This document shows positions 25,975 through 31,899 of a stretch of DNA of 32,895 nucleotides, piece after piece (within the stretch, counting starts at the first letter, position 1; each line of letters opens with the position of its first letter). The DNA is from Candidatus Saccharimonadota bacterium (GTDB lineage: Bacteria > Patescibacteriota > Saccharimonadia > Saccharimonadales > JAGQNJ01): contig JAGQNJ010000001.1 of the NCBI GenBank assembly GCA_020428115.1, positions 1 to 32,895 on the forward strand. Reading direction: 5' to 3'. The notes beneath the pieces were generated by a model. That model was not told where the DNA came from. It saw nothing but the letters and a program-made list of their open reading frames with translations, and searched no databases. The position numbers and the translations under genes were made by a program.

Positions 25975-26858
25975 TGCCGCTCGTGTTCTTCGTGCTTGGT
26001 ACTGTCTTCAAGCTCAACTTCAATCGTTGAATGTCTAAAACCGTACTTATCTGCCAGTAGCTTTTTTGCTACCTCTACTGTTTGGCGACTATCTTTGTAC
26101 TTCTGTTCGTCAACAATCAAATGGCAGCTAAAGGCATAGTAGTCGTTGTCTATTGTCCAGGCGTGAATATCATCTATGCCAATGACATTTTCCAACTTCA
26201 AGAGATTATGCTTAACCAGCCGCAAGTCAATATCGCTTGGTACGCCCTCAAGTAGTATATGCAGAGCGTCTTTGATGATGCCGAATGTCGCATACAAAAG
26301 CATCACGGCAATTAGAATACCAACGGCACTATCCAGCCACGTCCAGCCGAATAGAGCGATAGCAAAACCTGCCAGCAATGCTCCGACCGAACTGAGGGTG
26401 TCGTACAGCATATTGGTGTAAGCACTGCGAGCGTTGAGATTATGGCGTTGCTTACTGAGTAAGTACGCTATGCTGCCATTTATTGTTATGCCGATGGCAG
26501 CTACTGCTGCAATGGTCAGTCCAGGCACGTCTTTAGGTTCATCTAGCCGCTGTATAGCTTCAAAGCCGATAAACGTTGCAATGGCAACCAGGATGCCAGC
26601 GTTGAGCAGTGAGGCTATGATTTTAGCCCGTCCGTAGCCGTATGAGCGTCTATTATCAGCGTGTCGCTTACCTATCCGCTCAGCGATGAGGGCAATTCCA
26701 AGTGTGAGGCTGTCTGTCAGGTTATGTGTAGCATCTGCAATAAGGGCAAGACTACCTGTGATAACACCGACCGCCATCTCAAATATCGTAAAACCCGTGT
26801 TGAGTATCAACCCTAGCTTGAACGTATTGCCGCTATCTGGTTCGTGAGTATGTGCCAT
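25971..26858 (-). CDS. cation diffusion facilitator (CDF) family exporter
   Basis: LALIADATHNLTDSL (TM2 HxxxD), SYGYGRAKI, TM5 TNMLYD, and a His-rich tail KHEEHERH. Its stop overlaps the copB stop by 4 nt (convergent). Confidence 0.85.
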   Translation of the reverse strand: MAHTHEPDSGNTFKLGLILNTGFTIFEMAVGVITGSLALIADATHNLTDSLTLGIALIAERIGKRHADNRRSYGYGRAKIIASLLNAGILVAIATFIGFEAIQRLDEPKDVPGLTIAAVAAIGITINGSIAYLLSKQRHNLNARSAYTNMLYDTLSSVGALLAGFAIALFGWTWLDSAVGILIAVMLLYATFGIIKDALHILLEGVPSDIDLRLVKHNLLKLENVIGIDDIHAWTIDNDYYAFSCHLIVDEQKYKDSRQTVEVAKKLLADKYGFRHSTIEVELEDSTKHEEHERH

Positions 26859-26864
26859 TGTTTT

Positions 26865-26870
26865 ATTCTA
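26865..26870 (-). promoter_or_regulatory. -10-like TAGAAT, 6 nt before ATG 26858 (possible internal leaderless promoter)
   Basis: Minus strand reads gcgTAGAATaaaacaATG. Confidence 0.4.
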
Positions 26871-26876
26871 CGCTCT

Positions 26877-27521
26877 CTATTGTTTTTCTGCCTCAGCGAG
26901 TGCATCGTCAATCATCTGCGATAATGCCTCAACTGATGGTGCAGTTTTTTCTACCTTTTTGCCGTTTATAGCAAATGTTGGTGTACCTGTGCCGCCTAAC
27001 TCTTTTACGTCTGCCAAGTCTTTATTGATGACAGCAGCAACGTCTGAGCTATCTCGGTCGGTACGGTATTTTTCCATATCAAGTCCGACTGCCTCAGCAT
27101 ATTGGTCAAAGTAAGTCTGTGGGTTTTGGGTTTGTTCCCAAATTTTCTGACCCTCAAATATCTTGTCGTGCATTTCCCAGAACTTACCCTGCCTTGCCGC
27201 AGCCTCGGCTGCACGAGCAGCTTGCATAGCGAATTGATGACCAGAAGTTATCGGGAAGTTGCGTACTTGAAAACGAACCTTATCTTTATATTTTTCCTTT
27301 ACCTCTTTGACATAAGGGTAGTAGGCATAACACGCCTCACACTGAAAATCTACAAACTCTGTAACTGTAACGGGGCTATCTTCTTTGCCATAGTAGTTAC
27401 TTGAACCTTGAGCAGATACCGAACCGCTGCTGTCCGATGTTTTATCCTTGTTGAACATAATAAAACCAAAAAAGCCGACTAAGATGACCGCTAATATAAT
27501 CCAAAACCTTTTGCTATCCAT
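26877..27521 (-). CDS. DsbA-family thiol:disulfide oxidoreductase, membrane-anchored
   Basis: N-terminal TM, thioredoxin-fold CxxC (FQCEACYAY) and GTPTF. SD aggag. Confidence 0.8.
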   Translation of the reverse strand: MDSKRFWIILAVILVGFFGFIMFNKDKTSDSSGSVSAQGSSNYYGKEDSPVTVTEFVDFQCEACYAYYPYVKEVKEKYKDKVRFQVRNFPITSGHQFAMQAARAAEAAARQGKFWEMHDKIFEGQKIWEQTQNPQTYFDQYAEAVGLDMEKYRTDRDSSDVAAVINKDLADVKELGGTGTPTFAINGKKVEKTAPSVEALSQMIDDALAEAEKQ

Positions 27522-27570
27522 TTTTTACTCCTGTTGAAATTAAGAAATTACCACTAAAAGTTGGTAAATC

Positions 27571-27915
27571 TCAAAACCTCAGTTGTGCCGTCAGGAGTAT
27601 GATTTTTCGTTTATGAACAAAAAGGTAGTAGACAATAGGGGCTACATATAAGGCAGTGAAGTTGATTGGTATTTGTTGCCAATATAAGAGTGGCGGTGTT
27701 GGTTCTTTATCGTCTTCATCCTTTTCATCTCTAAGGCTACTGATAGCCGCTGGTTGACCGTGTGATGTACAGGAAGTGTTGCAGCCTTTTTGTGCCAAAC
27801 TACCAGCATTTATTTCACTGGTATGACTAAACGTAGCCAAAGAACAGACAGTCAAAACAGCACCGACTACCAATGCCAGTGTAATAACGCTTAAATGTTT
27901 GCCTAACCGCCGCAC
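27571..27915 (-). CDS. small two-TM hypothetical protein with an external CX3C and acidic loop
   Basis: TM1 ITLALVVGAVLTV, loop ..KGCNTSCTSHG..DEKDEDDKE, TM2 FTALYVAPIVYYLFV. Confidence 0.55.
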   Translation of the reverse strand: MRRLGKHLSVITLALVVGAVLTVCSLATFSHTSEINAGSLAQKGCNTSCTSHGQPAAISSLRDEKDEDDKEPTPPLLYWQQIPINFTALYVAPIVYYLFVHKRKIILLTAQLRF

Positions 27916-28769
27916 GTGCTATCCGATAACGGCTCAAGGTCATTGAACCTTTCTTTTATTTGCTGGTCAGTCGGCTTGTCTTTCTGCACGAAGATAACGA
28001 CATTACCAATCATATTGTTGATACGGGTCAGTTTTTCTTCTTCGGTTTCTTCGCCCGGCTCGCCATCGTTTCCGTCTTCAACACCGCCGTGGGCTGATGC
28101 TTTAGGAAATACTCTATCTAGCAAGCTGGTCTGCTTGTTCTGCTCGTGAGCTGGGAAATTGCTGGTATTGCCAAAGAACTGCTCTAAGTCTTGATTTTTC
28201 CAGTCATCAAAACTCTTTTCCTGATAGTCGCTCTCGTTACCTGTATAGATATAAAATTGTGCGTCATCAGGTGCGGCTGGCAGGAAGTTGCCGTGCGTGT
28301 TGACCTTTTGAACATCCATTAGGTTGTCTAGCTTGTAACCTAGTGCCTTATTGATACCGCCAATATAGTTCCAGCCGTAATACTTCATTACCATACCGCC
28401 AGTCATACCTTCCCAGTGAATGTGCGTAAACTGGTCTTTTTGGTCGTGGAAGTGGATAGGTTGCTCAGGCAGGTTGGCGTTGCACTGGTCTTTGGCGTAA
28501 TCTTGCTGGTACTTATCTTCGGCAAAGTTCTCAGCCTTACCGTTTACCAATATCTGCATACGGAAATGGTAATGCTCTAGCTTCGGCTCTCGTATAACAG
28601 TTGGGGTTGCGGCGTAAATATAGCCCGCATAGGATAGCGGAACGATAAGTATGGCTATCAAAACTATCGCAATTATCTTGAAACGCTTACTCAAAGTCCG
28701 TTTTTTGGCGGTCTTCGGCTTTTTATTTTCAATACTCTCAATAACTTCATCATCACTTTTTTCAGACAT
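27903..28769 (-). CDS. membrane-anchored hypothetical protein with paired His motifs
   Basis: TM IIAIVLIAILIVPL, then EHYHFRMQILVNGK and PIHFHDQKDQFTHIHWEG, an acidic region, and a C-terminal STCGG. Confidence 0.65.
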   Translation of the reverse strand: MSEKSDDEVIESIENKKPKTAKKRTLSKRFKIIAIVLIAILIVPLSYAGYIYAATPTVIREPKLEHYHFRMQILVNGKAENFAEDKYQQDYAKDQCNANLPEQPIHFHDQKDQFTHIHWEGMTGGMVMKYYGWNYIGGINKALGYKLDNLMDVQKVNTHGNFLPAAPDDAQFYIYTGNESDYQEKSFDDWKNQDLEQFFGNTSNFPAHEQNKQTSLLDRVFPKASAHGGVEDGNDGEPGEETEEEKLTRINNMIGNVVIFVQKDKPTDQQIKERFNDLEPLSDSTCGG

Positions 28770-28775
28770 ATGCTT

Positions 28776-28781
28776 ATTATA
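28776..28781 (-). promoter_or_regulatory. -10 TATAAT, 6 nt before ATG 28769
   Basis: Minus strand reads TATAATaagcatATG with no SD. Confidence 0.55.
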
Positions 28782-28883
28782 AACTATCTATCTGTTTGAA
28801 AGCAGGGCGGACTTATATCAAATTATCAGCAAGTCGGAATTGTTCAGCCAGATGTTTTAGCTTATAATCCTCTTGAGCAAGCG

Positions 28884-28952
28884 TAGCTGCCGTTTGAAAT
28901 GCGTCAACTATGTTGCACCAACTGAAGGACCAGACTATATGTCTGGTTTTTT
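28884..28952 (+). ncRNA. module A: 38-nt conserved core plus intrinsic terminator (candidate sRNA; alternatively a gene relic)
   Basis: Core 28884-28921. Hairpin ACCAGAC-TATAT-GTCTGGT plus a T-run at 28929-28952. Possible promoter TTGTTC-17-TATAAT at 28840-28868. Confidence 0.4.
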
Positions 28953-29100
28953 AGTTGGTATGAATGCTGGTTCAAACTCGCGGCCGATGAGGTCGGGGGT
29001 GAGAACAGCCTGATGGTTGTTCGCAAGGCCGGAGCCAAGGCGAAAATTATTTCCCTTGGCGAGGCATGCCGAAAAGTTCAGCAAAGCTGAAACTTTTGGG

Positions 29101-29123
29101 AGAGTCCCGCCACCCGCACCAAA
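29101..29123 (+). repeat. direct repeat copy 2 (attR-like core), an orphan tRNA-Gly 3' fragment
   Basis: Identical to 22585-22607. No D arm, anticodon arm or proper T-stem lies upstream. Confidence 0.85.
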
Positions 29124-29128
29124 ATAAG

Positions 29129-29155
29129 AACTCCCCTTTCGGGAGTTTTTGTTTT
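29129..29155 (+). terminator. strong intrinsic terminator directly after the orphan tRNA 3' fragment
   Basis: AACTCCC-CTTTC-GGGAGTT followed by TTTTGTTTT. Confidence 0.7.
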
Positions 29156-29182
29156 GGTAATGGGGCGGCTCAGCAGATAAGA

Positions 29183-29653
29183 TTACACGCTTGTTGAACG
29201 AAGATGACGGTTGATTTTCCAGATATCAATAAGATCTTTTGGGCGACCAGTACCACATGACTTTGCCTTCCTAATTGCTGCGAGCGTTCGACAGTGAAGA
29301 GTTAGCCCATCAACTGTTAATTGATCAGTCTTTGCAAGCTCCTCTTCAAGATCATAGGGAACACTTAAGTCTACACGTAATCCCCCAGGGGTAACCCTGT
29401 CTGGTGTGACGAGTCGGGGCGGATATGTGACACCACGGATCCTCGTCTCTTTAATCTCTACCGACTGTCCGTTAGGTAATTGGCTGGCTTGCTCAATATG
29501 TTTAAAGACATCTAGATCTACGAGCAGATCAACATCATTAGCCTTACGAATGCCGTGTATTGCCAGGACACTGCCACCGAATACTATGGCTTGATCTAGG
29601 TTGAGCCCACAGTTCTCAAGAGTTGTAGTAACTGGTTCGATATACCGATTCAC
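29183..29653 (-). CDS. minimal nucleotidyltransferase-fold protein (156 aa)
   Basis: GGSVLAIHGIRKANDVDLLV matches the GS-x(9-11)-DxD pol-beta NTase signature. GTG start. Confidence 0.6.
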   Translation of the reverse strand: MNRYIEPVTTTLENCGLNLDQAIVFGGSVLAIHGIRKANDVDLLVDLDVFKHIEQASQLPNGQSVEIKETRIRGVTYPPRLVTPDRVTPGGLRVDLSVPYDLEEELAKTDQLTVDGLTLHCRTLAAIRKAKSCGTGRPKDLIDIWKINRHLRSTSV

Positions 29654-29660
29654 ATTTATT

Positions 29661-29666
29661 ATTATA
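29661..29666 (-). promoter_or_regulatory. -10 TATAAT, 7 nt before GTG 29653
   Basis: Minus strand reads TTGTATAATaataaatGTG. Confidence 0.45.
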
Positions 29667-29800
29667 CAATTTATTCAAACTATTACAAATATTGCCTGCC
29701 TTAAGATTCGACATTAGTACAGTAAGGGTTCATATTATGCTGTTGTCTAGATTGAATATCACTGCAAGATTACTGAGTAATGGATTGTTAACTTGTTCAA

Positions 29801-29873
29801 TAGCTGATGTTTGAAATGCATCAACTATCTTTCACCAAGTAAAGCGTCTCAGCTATGCTGGGGCTTTTTATTT
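29801..29873 (+). ncRNA. module B: second copy of the 38-nt core plus an intrinsic terminator
   Basis: Core 29801-29838 is 33/38 identical to module A. The hairpin and T-run at 29846-29873 start 7 nt after the core, the same offset as in A. Confidence 0.4.
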
Positions 29874-29948
29874 ATAGTCGATATATGCTAATCAAGCGCT
29901 ATGATATAGTAAGTTACGAAATAATAATCGAATCAAAAGGAGTCAGAC

Positions 29949-30140
29949 ATGGTTACAGGATACTGCGTAAAATGCAAGGAAAAAGGCGCTGAACTTTCAG
30001 CACCAGAAATCGTTCAAACTGCAAAAGGTGGCTTTATGGCCAAGGGCAAGCACGAAAAATGTGGCACAACCGTGTGTGCAATGATGTCGAAAGAAAATGC
30101 CGAAAAAGCAATAGAACAAGGCGCAACAAAATCTTACTAA
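29949..30140 (+). CDS. small zinc-ribbon protein (DUF5679-like)
   Basis: AAGGAG SD. CVKC...(25)...CGTTVC cysteine pairs. 63 aa. Confidence 0.6.
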   Translation: MVTGYCVKCKEKGAELSAPEIVQTAKGGFMAKGKHEKCGTTVCAMMSKENAEKAIEQGATKSY

Positions 30141-30158
30141 ACTTTGCGCTATCAGCAC

Positions 30159-30190
30159 GAGGACACCATTGTTGGTGTCCTCTTTGTTTT
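30159..30190 (+). terminator. intrinsic terminator
   Basis: 9-bp stem GAGGACACC / GGTGTCCTC followed by TTTGTTTT. Confidence 0.75.
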
Positions 30191-30238
30191 GTGGTGAATG
30201 GTAAAATAAGAGCGCATTAAATAAAAGGAGTGGATAAA

Positions 30239-30619
30239 ATGGGAAAATATGTTGATGGATTTGTTCTGGTAGTACCAAAAGGCAAAGAAGCAGAGTATCA
30301 AAAGATGGCGGAAATGGGACGTGATGCCTGGATGAAGCATGGTGCCCTGCAATACTTTGAGTGCCGAGGTGACGACCTCAAGCCGCAGGAGATGGGTGAA
30401 GAAAAGTCACGAACCTTTACGGAAATAGCAGATGCTAGCGGGGATGAAAATGTCTGGTTTTCGTTTATCGTGTTCGAATCTAAACAGCACCGCGATGAAG
30501 TAAACAAAAAAGTAATGGCCGAGATGGAAGAACAGTACAAAGACCACGCAGATTTTGAGATGCCTGTACAAAGTAGCCGAATGGCCTACGGCGGATTTGA
30601 TGTAGCGGTAGAGGGTTGA
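30239..30619 (+). CDS. DUF1428-family protein
   Basis: MGKYVDGFVLVVPKGKEAEYQKMAEMGRDAWMKHGALQYFEC. AGGAG lies 8 nt upstream of ATG 30239. Confidence 0.7.
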   Translation: MGKYVDGFVLVVPKGKEAEYQKMAEMGRDAWMKHGALQYFECRGDDLKPQEMGEEKSRTFTEIADASGDENVWFSFIVFESKQHRDEVNKKVMAEMEEQYKDHADFEMPVQSSRMAYGGFDVAVEG

Positions 30620-30654
30620 TCACCTGTAAGTTGTTGGACATTTCTCTGTAGTGT

Positions 30655-30660
30655 TACTAT
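30655..30660 (+). promoter_or_regulatory. -10-like TACTAT, 6 nt before ATG 30667
   Basis: Reads gtgtTACTATttaggcATG with no SD. Confidence 0.4.
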
Positions 30661-30666
30661 TTAGGC

Positions 30667-31089
30667 ATGGCAAATTACCAAGGATTTAGACCATATCTAG
30701 CCCACGCACGTGAATGTGTTACCAGTATTGATACAAGCGAGGCAAGCAAACTAATCAGTGTAGACAACGCATCGATCATCCTTGATGTTCGACAGTCAGA
30801 GGAGTACTTTGAGGGGGCAATTCCTGGGGCGATACATATACCACGAGGTGTACTGGAAGAGTGTGTAGAAAGAATCATCCCAGTAAAGAGTGTGCCAATT
30901 ATTGTATATTGTGCAAGTGGCGTAAGATCCGTATTTGCTACACGCAGGCTAGAGGAGATGGACTACATCGATGCTAGAACCATGGATGGTGGCTTCCAGC
31001 GCTGGAAAGATGAAGGCCGAACCTGGATCACACCACAGTATCCAGAACTACCAGCTGGACAGACATATATAGACCAATTTATCGAGTAG
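30667..31089 (+). CDS. rhodanese-domain sulfurtransferase
   Basis: Active-site loop YCASGVRS (CxxGxR) preceded by DVRQSEEY..G.IPGAI.IP. Confidence 0.85.
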   Translation: MANYQGFRPYLAHARECVTSIDTSEASKLISVDNASIILDVRQSEEYFEGAIPGAIHIPRGVLEECVERIIPVKSVPIIVYCASGVRSVFATRRLEEMDYIDARTMDGGFQRWKDEGRTWITPQYPELPAGQTYIDQFIE

Positions 31090-31516
31090 TCTTAGTCGGT
31101 TTGCAATCGTGGCAGTATCCATCGACTTCAAAGATATGACGGCGTGGTGCAAAATCTGCACGCGCTGCTACATGCTCGATAAACTCATCGATATGCGATT
31201 CATCCTCAATATCAATAATCTTGCCGCACCCAAGGCAACTTAGGTGGTGGTGATGTTTAACAAAATCATCTGAGAGCTCTATCTTGTGTTTCCAGCCAAT
31301 GTACACGCGGTGCACAATACCGAGCTTTTCAAATAACTCGAGATTACGATATACGCTCACGCGGTCCACAGTCCCCTTGGCCTTGGCGAGTATTTTAGCG
31401 ACAGACTGCGGCTCACTGCTTACCAGCAAGCGAAAGGTAGCCTCACGAGCGCGAGTCAGACGGTAGCCGTTGCTTGTAATGATTTGCCTGAAATTGTTAA
31501 TATCATCAGCAGACAT
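31079..31516 (-). CDS. Fur-family metalloregulator (Fur/Zur/PerR type)
   Basis: wHTH N-domain, HHHHLSCLGCG and GYCHDC (two CxxC pairs). Confidence 0.85.
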   Translation of the reverse strand: MSADDINNFRQIITSNGYRLTRAREATFRLLVSSEPQSVAKILAKAKGTVDRVSVYRNLELFEKLGIVHRVYIGWKHKIELSDDFVKHHHHLSCLGCGKIIDIEDESHIDEFIEHVAARADFAPRRHIFEVDGYCHDCKPTKTTR

Positions 31517-31522
31517 GTTTCA

Positions 31523-31554
31523 AGTATACTGTTTATTGCAACAGAATTGCAATA
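31523..31554 (-). promoter_or_regulatory. fur-family gene promoter (TTGCAA-18-TATACT, 6 nt to the ATG) overlapping a 21-bp 8-5-8 inverted repeat TATTGCAA-N5-TTGCAATA (31534-31554)
   Basis: Read directly from the sequence. A third TTGCAA lies at 31569-31574. Confidence 0.5.
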
Positions 31555-31689
31555 TAACGTATATTCTCTTGCAACTTGTATACATGCAGTAAACAAGTGT
31601 TGCGAACATAGCTAAAACAGATGTATAGTTATTTGGTGCAGAAAGTCTCGTATGGGAGGCTTTTTTGTTAGAATAGTGAAGTACACTAT

Positions 31690-31763
31690 GGCGCGGTGGC
31701 CGAGGAGTTAGGCAACGGTCTGCAAAACCGTTTACACGAGTGCGAATCTCGTCCGTGCCTCCA
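31690..31763 (+). tRNA. tRNA-Cys (GCA), CCA encoded
   Basis: Acceptor GGCGCGG/CCGTGCC (one G:U) with discriminator U. Anticodon stem ACGGT/ACCGT with loop CTGCAAA. T arm ACGAG-TGCGAAT-CTCGT. Confidence 0.8.
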
Positions 31764-31766
31764 AGT

Positions 31767-31854
31767 GCGCGGGTGGCGGAATTGGTATACGCGACGGACT
31801 TAAAATCCGTTGGTTGAATAAACCTTGTGGGTTCAAGTCCCACCCCGCGCACCA
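31767..31854 (+). tRNA. tRNA-Leu (UAA), long variable arm, CCA encoded
   Basis: Acceptor GCGCGGG/CCCGCGC, anticodon loop CTTAAAA, variable arm TGGTTGAATAAACCTT, T arm GTGGG-TTCAAGT-CCCAC. Confidence 0.9.
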
Positions 31855-31877
31855 AAACACGGATTTTTTCAAGATTT

Positions 31878-31899
31878 GACGGCACAGCCGTCATTTTTT
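31878..31899 (+). terminator. intrinsic terminator after the tRNA pair
   Basis: GACGGC-ACA-GCCGTC followed by ATTTTTT. It overlaps the stop of the convergent NTase gene. Confidence 0.7.

Larger units (their letters stand above)
22585..29123. mobile_element. tRNA-Gly-associated genomic island (~6.5 kb) with metal-homeostasis cargo; probably immobilised
   Basis: Exact 23-nt direct repeats at both ends, a recombinase relic at the tRNA-proximal end, functionally coherent cargo, and a strong terminator right after the distal repeat. Confidence 0.65.

Noticed and set aside
22608-29100. Claiming a GC-content or codon-usage shift for the island.
   Set aside because: I cannot compute composition reliably by eye and the region does not look strikingly different, so this is left as a test rather than a claim.
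28953-29124. Possible tmRNA or tRNA-like RNA, suggested by the tRNA-type 3' end (..CACCCGCACCA), several hairpins (GCCAAGG/CCTTGGC; AAAAGTTCAGC/GCTGAAACTTTT) and a GGGGGTG at 28995-29001 that could pair as a 5' acceptor strand.
   Set aside because: The acceptor pairing would have a G:G mismatch at position 2 and no G3:U70. The T-stem is reduced to 3 bp with a 5-nt loop. There is no tag ORF ending in a hydrophobic tail plus stop. About 130 nt is far too short for a tmRNA. It is better explained as the island's arm plus the att core.
28884-29873. Repeat modules A and B considered as integron attC sites or IS ends.
   Set aside because: There are no RYYYAAC/GTTRRRY core pairs, no terminal inverted repeats flanking a cassette, and no integrase or transposase nearby.
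31520-31894. 124-aa minus-strand ORF.
   Set aside because: It is antisense to tRNA-Cys and tRNA-Leu and to the intergenic promoter region, so it is spurious.
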